Shown: positions 23,501-35,378 of the stretch, piece by piece | Numbering within the stretch: position 1 is the first letter of the stretch | Layout of the letters: every line of letters begins with the position of its first letter | Notes under the pieces: generated by a model | The model's database searches: none | What the model saw: only the letters and a program-made list of their open reading frames with translations | Told to the model about the DNA's origin: nothing | Position numbers and translations under genes: made by a program | Assembly: GCF_902459465.1 (NCBI RefSeq) | Contig: NC_047065.1 | Location: 5,146,001 to 5,210,000 of the forward strand | Reading direction: 5' to 3' | From: Asterias rubens | Taxonomy: Eukaryota | DNA: 64,000 nt

Positions 23501-26500
23501 CTGGTAGCTACAGGCCAGTTTGAGTCCTTTATATTAGCAACGTCCATTTTTACCTTCATTGTGAGTTCTGCAAATGTCTTAAAATCTTTCTCCTCGATAG
23601 CGGTCGTCATAGCAACCATTCTGTCGGGTACGATCTTCTCAGCTCGGTGCGGAAGGAGAGGACTGGTTTCTACTGTGGATTGCATACCGGCCGTGCTGCT
23701 GGTCGCTTTCTTGTGATCACTCACCTGAAAGTATCAATCAAGAAATAATAATAATAATAATAATAATAAAGAACACTTGATAGAGCGCCGGTATCCGCCT
23801 CAGGAAGGCGCTCATGGCGCTTGAGGAGAGAAAGACAAATTAGGACTGAGGATTGTGTGAGAACGCTTGTTTGAACAAGTGAGATTTTAAGTTTGTCTTG
23901 AATGTTGTGATGGATGGAGATGACTTGACAGTCAGTGGGAGTTGGTTCCACACCCGGGCTGATGCCACAAAAAATGACCTATTGCCCCAAAGAGTGGAAG
24001 TTCTGGGCTGATGAAGCATCATGAGCTCATTAGAACGCAGTCCGGTGTGTGCTGAGGTGTATGGGTGGATGAGGTTGCATTAATCACAGTTGAGATATGT
24101 TGCAATTACAAATACAACTTCCCTTCCCCCCATTCGACAAAAAGCAAAACAGTAAACAAACAAACAAACAAACCCAGTACTAAAAAACAATAACAGGAAA
24201 ATCACCTTCCCAGAAAGTACAATAAAAACGGCATTTAAATACGCTCTACTTAGTAAACTAAATCACAGCGCTTACAAAAGACATCAAGTACAGGAAAATA
24301 AATAAGATAAACGAAAAATTAAATCAAATGAAAGCCACCTGTAAGTCAACAAATAAACAACGGAAAGTACTCTCACACACATATTTAAAACAAAATCTAT
24401 TCACAATTTATCTCTGCTGGACTATGAAAAAGCTTGAGACCAGTACATTGACAGACATTATCCGGAAATAAACTAGCACCTACGTGTAGTAACAAAATGG
24501 GTCCATACATGATACGTTCTTACCCTTATACCCGATGTGCAAAGCACTGTTTACTCAGTACTTCCCTAGTCCTGTGAAAACAAATCAACAGGAAAACAAT
24601 TGGTGGGATTCAGGTTTGAATCCTACCTGAGTCATTTGCTTGTGGATTATTTTTTCAAGAGTATACAGTGCTTAATACACATTAGTGTATGGGTTTAAAA
24701 ACAACTTATTTTCTTTCAACGGCTGAAACAGTTGTGCCACATAACGCGATTCGCGCATTCCCTTATAAGGAGTTGTTTACCAGAGGGCGGCGGAGGGCTT
24801 TACCATTCCATAGCTGGAGGGGTGTTGTGTTGAAAAGAATCATTGAACAATTATAATTTTTGCATTTATTTCACTTTTTGACCAAAAGGTGATGATGTTT
24901 TTGACCAAAAAGGTATTTATGGATGGGAATCAAAGTGTGTTGAATCGGATTTCAACTAGTAGTTTAAACCCGCCGAGGCCTGGTTCTTGATAATTTACCT
25001 CGACTTCATCTTGGTAAAATTATCAAGAACCAGGCCTTTGTGGGAATAAACCACTAGTTGGAAACCTCTTCACCATACATTGATTCCCTTAGTAAAAAAA
25101 GGGTCAGATTCAAAAAGTAAAAAAAAAGTTTTTCCGTCACAAATCTTTATGTACAAGTGGCACTGCCCTGTGACTAAAACTCCCTCCTCATACTAACAAC
25201 TAACCACAAGGATCAATATCCTCATCTCAGGCCAGTAATCCTCAGTCACGACTTGTTCAGCGATGCTATCTTCCCCTGTTTCCTCCTCGCCCATCAGCCA
25301 TTGTACGAACCCTCCGTACATGCTACGGCAGGCACTGCCTGATCCCTGCCGGGCTATGTCCGATACATTGCCTTCTACCTTGAACACTTTCGCAAGAGTT
25401 GCCACTGTGGAAAGTGAAAACAAATGAATTTTCATTATTTTGGTTTGTTAACTTATGGTGTGTGATTGTTTTTGATTTTAATGACTATTCTAAATTTGTT
25501 ATGTTTTTCTCTTTGTAACCAATATGGAAATCTTATTCTTCAACACTGTGACAAACTCTGTGGACATTTGAAAGTCCACATAGTATTTAAAGTCCCTACA
25601 CTATATGGACCTCTTTTGTTTTTAGGTATACACTCTTTCCAGGTATACACACTTGACATCACTCGCTTGAATGTTCCTCGAGCAAACAAAGTTCTACATG
25701 TAGGTCGGAAGGCTTAAGTGTGGCTGGGCCCATGATTTGGAACAATCTCCGAACTGCCATTAGGGAATCTTATACTCTATCTGCTTTTTTAATTAAAGTT
25801 GATTTTTTTCTAGTGCACTATGATCTTAATGGAATAGGGCCTTTTAAATTTTAATTCTTATATTATTGTTATGTTAAACACCTGCTATCTGGGACCTTTT
25901 TATTGTCCCTCTTTTGTTTGTACTTTTTTAACAGCCTATTGGTTCTGTGCACACTTTCCAACTGAGATTCCATTTACGAATCCAGTCTGTGGGGGCCTGA
26001 TATTGTTGTTCTATTATTCTCTTTTCTATAAAATTCCCTTGTGGGGTCCATTGTATATGATGTAAAAGACCCCACAAGGGCACTCTCATAAGCCCACAAG
26101 GACAGACAAGCCAAACACTCTACTCTTTTGGCTTCACCAGCAAGGCATAAAAATGTCAGTTTCAATTACAGCTCAAAGACTTTTAGACATCCCCATTGGC
26201 AATGGGGGATTTATATCAACTCATCATTCCCCTAAAAGTGCCTTACCTAAGCACGCATATCCTGCAGCAGAGGAAGCCAGGCCTGCTGCAGTAGGGAAGT
26301 TATTCTCGGAGCAGATGTGTACTTTCCAATCCAACATGGCCGCCGGTGTGACCCCATCTTTAGTTGGGGAGCTTTTCCTCTTGCGAGCTCTCTGACGGAC
26401 TTGAAACGAAAACAACATCTCGAAACAGTCAGTTTATATTAAAAATAACAGGTTCCATAATGATTCACTGGGAAATTATATTTTAGAGGTACTTCTGAAA

Positions 26501-29500
26501 GATAAATTTGCTATGAACATTAAGGTGATTTAAGATATTTTTTGCATTTAAGATATAATACAAATATTGACTGCTTCGAATGCTATGGTTAAAACTGGAG
26601 CGTTCTATTTATCATCCTCGTACACGTAACGGTCGAACACGCGTTTCAGATACACAGATGCACAACTGATTGGGTTTGAGGTGGGTAAAAAACGTCTGGG
26701 TACTGCACGCCTTGTGATAGTTGTTGGACTATCTTACGGCAAACGATGCACTATCACACGGCCACCGTTTCTAGTAAAACTAAGACATCATGTGACACGC
26801 TCTAAACCAATGAAAAGGCAGAATATTTGTAGGGGGTGTAATAAACAAAAATATTACTTGTGTTTTTACTCTTACACCAATGTGTACTAAGGACCGTATA
26901 CTCAGTAGTTCGCAGAGTTCTGCGACAGAAACACTCACAGGCGAGTCACTCAGGTTGAATTTAAACTACACTATTTACATTGGTGTAAGGGTAAAATAAT
27001 AATAATATTTATTTTAACTTTATGCTATAAAAACGCATACTCACTTTCTGCTAGGCACTTCTTCAAACGTGGGTTGTCCAGTGATTCTTCCCTAAAATTA
27101 AATATTAAAAATCATTTTAACACATATGTAAAAAATACCCAAGTACACTGAGAGAAGGTGTTTGCTTGGGTAATAATAATAATAATAATAACCCGTTTTT
27201 ATATAGCGCTTTTCACACCCGGAGGGCGTCCCAAAGCGCTTCACATTATTACCCCTGGTCACTGGGCCTTAATATAGTCCTTAAACCATCTCAACTCCCT
27301 GGTGGGGAGTATGCAGCCTGTGCAACATTAATATGCGCTACTCGGCTAAATCAATCACAAGAACCATCTCTGCCCTCACAGGTACCCATTTACCCCTGGG
27401 TGGAGAGAAGCAATTATAGTTAAGTGTCTTGCTCAGGGTATTTCTGACATCCAATGTGTACATAACTTGCCCTACCTGGGCCCGCATCAGAAACATCAAG
27501 ATCTAGACTGAAGTGGATTTTATTCTATTTTCTCTTTTACATTATAAGATGCCTTTAAAAAGTTCCAAAATGAAACAGTTTAAAGGCAGTGGACACTATT
27601 GGTAATTACTCAAAATAGTTATCAGCATAAAACCTTACTTGGTGATGAGTAATGGGGAGCTGTTGATAGAACGGAAAAACATTGTGAGAAACGGCTCCCT
27701 CTGAAGTAACGCAGTTTTCGAGAAAGAAGTAATTTTCCACAAATTTTATTTCAAGACCTCAGAATTACATTGTGAGGTCCCAAAATCAAGCATCTGAAAG
27801 TACACAACTTCGTGTAACAAGGGTGTTTTTTCTGTCAATCTCGCAACTTCGATGACCGATTGAGCTCAAATGTTCACAGGTTTTTTTATTTTATGCATAT
27901 TATGTTGAGATACACCAAGTGAGAAGACTGGTCTTTTGAAAATTACCAAAAGTGTCCAATGCCTTTAAATGAATCAAAGTCAGTAATTTGAGCCTGAAAT
28001 TACACGGAGGCCATCGCCTCTGGTCTCGGGGCCTTGGTGTCCCATTCAAATGTTACCACTGTTCCAATGGAAGTGACTTTTGCAAAATGAGAATGAAATT
28101 GCCCTCTTAAAGATGAAACTCCATGGGTGGATTTCACAAAGAGTTAAGACTAGTCTTATATCGAGTTAGGATGAGTTACTCGTCCTAACTTAGAACTAGC
28201 CATACATTTTTAATATCTCTTAGGACTAGTCCTAAGCTAGGACTAGTCCTAAGCTAAGACTAGTCCTAAGCTAGGACTAGTCCTAACTCTTTGTGAAATC
28301 GACCCCAGGCCTCTCTGGTACATCAGTTGTCACAGGACGTATGATAATATATAAACAAATTTTAAAGCATCCACACCTGCCATTCAGCCAGATTCTGTCT
28401 GTCTTGAATTTATTACTAGCAGCAACAGTTGTTTTTGTACAAAGTTGATCGATATGTAACGTTGCACTCAGGGAAGAGTTGACTGGCAGGATAAGTTTTT
28501 CATTTCTCTTCCCCCCTACAAAGAAAACAAAACACTTTATGTTGACAAGTAAAACAATTTTGATGATTATAATGGCTTGCTGAAAAAATTACATCAGTGG
28601 GATTATTCTTCTTATCATTATTATATAATTCTGTTAAAGCCAGTGGACACTATTGGTTATTGTCAAAGACCAGTCTTCTCACTTGCTGTATCTCAACATT
28701 ATATGCATAAAATAACAAACCTGTGCAAATTTGAGCCTTATTGGTCATCGGAGTTGCGAGTTAACTACGAAAGAAAAAAACACCCTTGTCACACGAAGTT
28801 GTGTGCTTTCAGATGCTTGATTTCGGGACCTCAAATTCTAAACTTGAGGTCTCGAAATCAAATTCGTGGAAAATTACTTCTTTCTCTAAAACTACTCCAC
28901 TTCAGAGGGAGCCGTTTCTCACAATGTTTTATACTACCAACCTCTCCCCATTACTCGTTACCAAGTAAGGTTTTACGCTAATAATTATTTTGAGTAATTA
29001 CCAATAGTGTCCACTGCCTTTAATGGAGGTATCAATAGATGAAACCAAGAACTCATTAAAGTGAAATTTATTGCTGTGATGCTGCGCTCGCAAGCCGGAG
29101 GAAACCTGTACAGTCCAACCAACTCGATATTTTCTAGTAGTTTTCTGGTATTTTCTGGTAGTTTTCCATTTTTTCTGGCTAAATATCATATGTACTGCTG
29201 TACTGCTATTTTTGGACTTAGAGTTATTATAATATTATTAGATAGTCAAAGTCAAAAATTCAAAATGAGTGTACAGCGCCCCATCCCACGGCAGACCAGA
29301 GGGTCTACCCAGTAAACATGGTAAAGGGAGATCTCAAAATGAGAAATATGAAACCAATAAATTAATAATTTAATTATATTATTAATTATGTAAGTGGGCC
29401 TATTAAATACTTGATGTGATTGTACTTGTAAAAATTATTACCTTTTTACAATTTATTTTGTGTTTTAACTTAATAAAATCTCTATGATCTATCTGCTATT

Positions 29501-29894
29501 TTATAAAAGTGGAAAATCAAATCTCTTAAAAGTTCAGTAAATGCTGATGGAAAACTGTGTGTAGACTAGAACTATGAATCCCCTATTTAGTACTATTAGT
29601 ATTATACAGTATGCTGGTACTACCCGCATACGTCTCTACTCTAGCTAATATTGCCAATGTATGTATGAATACCTGATTATAGAAACCACACACCACCACA
29701 CTATAGTACCAGTACTACACAAACACCACAGTTCTAAAAAAATCTGCAGATCATGCCAAAAAAACAACTTAAGTTTTTACAATTTTACGACAAAGTTGAT
29801 GTATCATTCAGAAACAAAACAAAGCAACACATTCATTCTTACAATATTTGATGACTGCTATATTCACAGGAGCTCGGCAAGTGACGATTTCCAT
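20520..29894 (-). CDS. MVD: Diphosphomevalonate decarboxylase (9 coding exons, 398 aa)
   Basis: Exons 29894-29843, 28515-28377, 27091-27045, 26399-26247, 25404-25205, 23724-23554, 22906-22784, 22272-22108, 20666-20520; total 1197 nt, in frame, GT-AG. Motifs: [33 protein letters not shown] (GHMP kinase), [49 protein letters not shown]. Confidence 0.97.
20745..20952 (+). mobile_element. tRNA-derived SINE family D (headed copy)
   Basis: A box ggtggtctagttggt, B box ggttcgaatccc, body tttttcacaggactcggggaaagtactgagtatacagtgct..cacatcggtgta; body fragments recur at 24490, 26850, 46565, 49195, 62040 and 63160. Confidence 0.75.
21681..22068 (+). mobile_element. Kolobok-like MITE family A (MVD intron 8)
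   Basis: Both TIRs with TTAA on both sides; ~35 bp from the exon 8 donor. Confidence 0.9.
23015..23390 (+). mobile_element. Deu-domain SINE with tRNA-Leu head and LINE-like tail
   Basis: agagcaccagacacaagccctg..gtgggttcc..ggaggttaagccg..atcgaaaagcgaagagg..gaaacgccttgagcg..tattatta. Confidence 0.65.
23745..24075 (-). mobile_element. L2 LINE 3' fragment (MVD intron 5)
   Basis: [27 protein letters not shown] plus a (TTA)n tail ending ~20 nt before the exon 6 acceptor. Confidence 0.85.
24716..25092. mobile_element. Non-autonomous element with subterminal hairpin (copy 2)
   Basis: Homologous to 8812-9200; hairpin at 24953-25060. Confidence 0.7.
27171..27440 (-). mobile_element. tRNA-Leu-family SINE body and tail
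   Basis: Reverse complement of the 43482 element from ccctgagcaagacactt to the TTA tail. Confidence 0.8.
27584..27964 (-). mobile_element. Kolobok-like MITE family A (MVD intron 2)
   Basis: Both TIRs with TTAA flanks. Confidence 0.9.
28125..28305. mobile_element. MITE (GGGTGGATTTCACAAAGAGTT termini) with four 17-bp palindromic repeats
   Basis: TIRs gggtggatttcacaaagagtta / taactctttgtgaaatcgaccc; TAGGACTAGTCCTAAGC x4 at 28221-28287. Confidence 0.8.
28638..29019 (+). mobile_element. Kolobok-like MITE family A (MVD intron 1)
   Basis: Both TIRs with TTAA flanks. Confidence 0.9.
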
Positions 29895-29926
29895 GGTGTT
29901 TTTCGAGTCGGTTTTTTAGCAACTTT

Positions 29927-29971
29927 CATGAAGTGACTTCACTGCACATCATGAAGTGACTTCACTGCACA
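29927..29971. repeat. Tandem duplication CATGAAGTGACTTCACTGCACA x2 upstream of the MVD start
   Basis: Two identical 22-bp units separated by one T. Confidence 0.9.
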
Positions 29972-31515
29972 AAATTAGTACACCCACATTTATATTTATA
30001 AACACGTTTATTTAAATGAGATCAACTTTGAACTTAGTACCGACTGTTCCATATTTTTGGGGGGCTACTACTTACTGTCGGTTGTTTATTTTGCTTTGTT
30101 ATCAAACGTTAAGACCAATACCAACAATCAGATATAAATCTTGGTTAAATTGTGAAAGATTGATTTTCCCAAAATGTGAAAAAAGGTTGGTTTATTTTTT
30201 ATTAGGAGTAGATCAAATTTAACTAGACTACCTTATAACAATGGAGGGAGACTAAAGCATTACGCATGCGTATTGAAAGTAATAGACTTGTACAAGCTTT
30301 TCGAATGTTTGACGCAAATATAAATTTTGCTTGATGATGACAGATCCACGGCAAACAACATCGCGAGATCGAGATGCCACACCGACCATTACAGGGAGAT
30401 AAATTGCTGATTTCTCGTTTTTCTTTCGTCTCTTTATGGGTGCATGGAATGAGTTTGATTCGTACGTCTGAAAGGTAACCATATTATTTAAGTATTTGCC
30501 TGTTTCAGTGAGTTATTTTGTCATTTTATAAACGATACACAAAAATAGCTCCGGTGATGATCCTGCACAGTTTGCACATAAAATTTAGGTCATGCATGCA
30601 TGCAGTATGCACTGCACTGCTTTTTTTTTTAGATAAGAGTAAACAGTAGTAGTAGTAGTACTATAGTAGTAGTACAGGTCCGGAATTTCATCTGTTTTAA
30701 GAGGGCAAGGTCATTTTTATTTTGCATAGGGCTCATCATCCATTTGAAAATCAAAATTGTGGGAAACTTTTTTCTTTGAAGGGGCCAAGTGGAAAGCCCA
30801 AAACTAAAGTAAAAGGGCAAGCCAAGGCCAAGAGAGTAGACCATGCGGATGCCAGGCAGGGGCAACGAACAATGTGTTGTGTGTGTGTACCGCCTTGAGG
30901 TGACCTAACCAGCCCCCACTTCCTCCCCTTCCCCTCCCCCCCCCCCACCCAATTGGTGTCTGTGCACCCTTCCACCACTCCCCCTCACCTCCCGTTTCAT
31001 TTCTGGACTTTCGGGATTGGACATTTCCAGTTTTTGCCTTCAATTCAATTGGTCGAGTTGGTATTTGAATAGTTGCTATAACTATAAGGTAACCCTCCTC
31101 CCGACGGCCGCCAGGCCGGAGGATTACAAGATAGGTTCGAGCGAAAACGGTTAATCTGGTCCAACACGTACAATTTCGACAGCTAGTCACCAGATTTTCC
31201 CCATTTTTACCACTTTCAAAAATCATGACACAAATTATGAGGACACGAACTTAATCCGCAATGTCTAATGCAGCCTGCCATAATACTCAAAACACCATTT
31301 AGGAAATATTTCGAAGAAAAATGGGCAAAAACCCGGAGCGAATTCCCAGGTTCATATTTTGAACCTGTCGCATCGCTTTGCAAACGCATTATTTTGTTGT
31401 TGGGCTAAACCATTCTGTAAAAGGGGTGTTACAATGTTGCAGTGCGTGTGCGCGCTGTCCGTTTGCATTGCACGCCGTTCACTCATAATGGCGCGCACGC
31501 ACTGCAGCACTGCAA

Positions 31516-31851
31516 CATAAAACCTCACTTGGTAACGAGTAATGGGGAGAGGTTGATAGAATAAAACATTGTGAGAAACGGTTCCCTCTGAAGTGACGTA
31601 GTTTTTGAGAAAGAAGTAATTTTCCACGAATTTGATTTCGGGACCTCAAGTTTAGAACTTGAGGTCTCAAAATCAACCATCTAAATGCACACAACTACGT
31701 GTGACAAGGGTGTTTTTTCTTTCATTATTATCTCACAACTTCGACGACCAATTGAGCTCAAATTTTCACAGGTTTGTTATTTCATGCATATGTTGAGATA
31801 CACCAAGTGAGAAGACAGGTCTTTGACAATTACCAATAGTGTCCACTGTCT
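31516..31851 (-). mobile_element. Kolobok-like MITE family A, one end missing
   Basis: Internal sequence plus one TIR and TTAA. Confidence 0.85.
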
Positions 31852-34800
31852 TTAAATAAATAACAAATTAAATAAAACAAAAACTCCAAACTGGTAAATT
31901 ATCTGTACAAGCCAGCTGTGGTGTTGAAATTGTTGAAGAAAAAAATTTGAAGTAGCTTCAGAAGATTTTTTAGCTTTAACTCTTATCTTATGTCGTGAAA
32001 AGGCCATGTCGCACAGTCTTCCCCCAGAGCAATTTCTTCAGGCAACTTGGAGGCAGCCAACTGCACTCATATGCACATTTTTCAGCACAAGAGATAATCT
32101 TCTTGAAAAACTGAAATGTGAATGAACTTTCTTATTGGAGTTGGCTTGGTGCTGGTCTGCAAATTGCCCTGTGTGATACGGCCTAACAGTTAAACTGTTC
32201 AAGTTTTGGTCCAAGGAATCCACTTGTTGGATAAATAGGATTCATTTGCACGCTATACAAAAGCCTGTCAGACAAAACTGTCCAGAGGGTTGACTGACTG
32301 TGTTTTTGTGCTACTGTATGGATTTATCCCGGATAATCCGGTAATCCTAAAGATTAGCTCATTGTTATTTTGGTATTTGTGGCACAGTTGCATTCCATCA
32401 AGATCTTAAAATTGTTCACATCTATCCTGTGTATTGCCCAGGCAGATAGTAATGGGCTTCCCTGATCCCATTCTTGTTTAAATCCCTTTTTTTCCTCTTT
32501 TTTTTTCTTTTTTAATATTAATTACATTGTTGTGGTTATTTGGTATGTTACCGCTAAGCTGGGAAGTGGTAGGAAGCGTTCCCTGTAGGTAATTGTGAAT
32601 AATAGAGACCAGAGCAATGACTGGTCCTTGCTCTGTGATGTGGATAGAGCAAGGTGATTTTAAAGCAAGATGATAGTGGGGCATTCTTGACCCTGTTATT
32701 TGGTTGAAGCACGCTGAATAGAAAGAAGGTCTTTGGAATGGTTTCTTCTTGGTGTTTATAAATCCTGGTTTTAAAAGCCCTAGGCCTACTATTCAATCAA
32801 GAGCATTCTATAGTTTTCTTGTTTTTTGTAAAGAAAAAAAAAGGAATAGTAATAAGAAATTGCATTTCAGCATTATTTAAACATGTATCGCCACGCAATT
32901 GGTAAGCTGAAAAAAAATAATCACAGAGCGTGCTCATGAAATAAACCTGTGAGAAATGATTGAAAACCACACAATTTTCGCCCTGTATAAACACATTCCT
33001 TTCGTTTTTGTTACAGTTGGAACCAGCTGTTGCGATTTGTTTTAGGTTTTCAGAAACAGTTTTTTCGAATGTGGCTTCATTTCAGAGGGAAATACTTCAT
33101 TAAAAAATGTTTGTAGTGTGAACTTCATAACTCCCATACTTAAAATTAAACACAAAATGTTTTTTTCATATATTTTAATATCAATCCTGTGCAGGTACTG
33201 TACCTCTAATAATTTCCAACAGATTAAACTCATGTAACCGAACACTCTCTCCCTACTCTTTGTTCTACCTCTAACCACACCAAGGGGAAAAACTAGACTG
33301 GAATATAGTGCAATTAAAATCTTGAATTTCAGAAGGCCTGTAAATCTAGCCCAGTGCCATTCGTCTCGAGTGTATTCTCGGACAGATGGTTCCTGTCTCT
33401 GCTGTCTAGCCAAGCGTTCAGTGAGAGGTGTAAAATAGTACACAGAGACCGGCTTTTTAGGACACTCAGTGCATTGCATGATAATTTATAATTTTAAATA
33501 TTGCTGCGTATTTTTTACAAATTCTGCAACAAGATTTCAATTTAAAATTTCAAAACAAGGTTGCTAGTTGGCAGATCTGAACATGCAGTTGTCGTGAGTA
33601 TTTTCATCTCCTGGCCAGACATTCAGAAATTTCCCATTCATAAATAAAGGAATCTCATCATGTATGTGTAGACAGGTTTCAATACAGTGGTTTAACAGTC
33701 TCTCCACTCTAGTTCATTTCCTGAGCGTTTTTAAAGTAAGGCGTGGGAGAGCGAATCAAAAACCAACATTTTTGAGGTTTTACCAGTTTATATGCTGTTT
33801 AAAAAAGGGTAACAACACATCGACAGACAATTTTGTTTGTTGATTTACAATTTGTCTGATGCATTTTGAATAAAACCTTCTTAAATAATCTGAAAAATAA
33901 TATCCAAGAAAAAGCATGTGAGTGAGTCAATATTATTCAGTTTTACTTCAAAACCACTAATGAAAATATTTCTGTCCCTATGACTTGGTTAAGATACGAT
34001 AAAATAAGATAGATAAGAAAAGATAACTTGATTAAATCCATACAAACTGGAAACGACATGTTGTCGTTTCTCAATCAAATTACAAATTTACCAGCAATTA
34101 AATTACTCAAATTGCACAAACCAATATCAAACTTATTTGACAACCTCACAGGATTCTTTAAATATGAATTTCTTAAAAACTCATTGTTGAAAATTGTGTA
34201 GTCCATCCCTCAAAGGATTTTGAATGAACACATCAAAAACAATCAGTGTGATATTTACATGTAGTTTAAATCATCACTGTTGTACAACTAAAATGGTCTC
34301 GTCTTGACTGAAAGATGTAGTATACTATACATGTACCTTGGTGTTGACATGGTTGAGAGACTCATACCCACTTAAGATTTAACCTTGAAATTCCCAGGTG
34401 GTTAATTGAATGAATATATGGAATCATAAGTAGGTTCGGTGATCCATTATTTATACCTGTGTGCTTGTGCCTACATTTGCTGGATTTTCCCTTGACGCTT
34501 TCAGTGACTAGCCAGTTGGACTAGTAAGGTCTATTCACTACACTGTAGTCCGCCATTTTTTTCACGGGTCCACATATTTCATGTAAACACTAAACTAGCC
34601 GGCTGGACCACTTGGAGTGAGTTTTGGCTGGTCCTCTGACAATGCTGACCAGTGTTTTATTAACTGGCATTTGACCAGTGGACCACAAAAGGTTTTTTAT
34701 GTTTAGAAAACATAGAAAATCATTCAGCACCCGTCTCAAAAAAACTTTTCAGCACAAATTGCATTTCGATATGCGTGGAAGGCAAGCCTAAGCAAACAAA

Positions 34801-34997
34801 ATGTTTTAATTCTGATTGAATGCACAAAATAGGCATGATAGGTAAAACAGTTTAAAATTGCCCAGATTGTACAGTGGAGCTTTTAAAGCCAAATATAAAC
34901 ACTAGTGTAAACAGAGTTGCCTTTAGAGGACCTTGTAGCAATTCAGAAGGCTTTGGCCATTCTTCCAAAATTTGGGTCCAGAATGCCCCACAGTTAA

Positions 34998-35378
34998 AGG
35001 CAGTGGACACTATTGGTAATTACTCATAATAATTATTAGCATAAAAATTCCTTGGTGACGAGTAATAGGGAGAGGTTGATGGTATAATACATTGTGAGAA
35101 ACGGCTCCCTCTGAAGTGCCATAGTTTTTTAGAAAGAAGTAATTCTCCACGAATTTGATTTCGAGACCTCAGATTTAGAAATTGAGGTCCTGAAATCAAC
35201 CATCTAAACGCACACAACTTCGTGTGGCAAGGGTTTTTTTTCTTTCATTATTATCTCGCAACTTCGATGACTGATTGAGCTCAAATTTTCACAGGTTTTT
35301 TATTTTATGCATAGATATGTTGAGATACACCAACTGTGAAGGCTAGTCTTTGACAATTACCAATATTGTCCACTGCCT
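34998..35378 (-). mobile_element. Kolobok-like MITE family A
   Basis: Both TIRs with TTAA flanks. Confidence 0.9.

Noticed and set aside
27476-27507. Alternative 32-nt MVD exon 3 (AG..GT, phase compatible)
   Set aside because: Its translation [11 protein letters not shown] does not resemble MVD. The true exon 27091-27045 encodes [15 protein letters not shown].
28577-28981. Recurring 60-134 aa ORFs (MCAFRCLI..RSRNQ.., ..CFQMLDF..) at 6723, 12293, 18628, 21837, 28577, 31479, 35020, 39750, 59344
   Set aside because: These are translations of the non-coding family A MITE. Frames and stops differ between copies and there is no transposase motif.
30913-30950. C-rich tract (minus-strand G-quadruplex) ~1 kb upstream of MVD
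   Set aside because: Mostly a homopolymer or simple repeat, common in such genomes; nothing else supports function.
33042-33479. 145-aa minus-strand ORF; also the 117-aa ORF at 35731-36084
   Set aside because: No recognisable domain and no phase-consistent neighbouring exons; probably chance ORFs in intergenic or UTR DNA.
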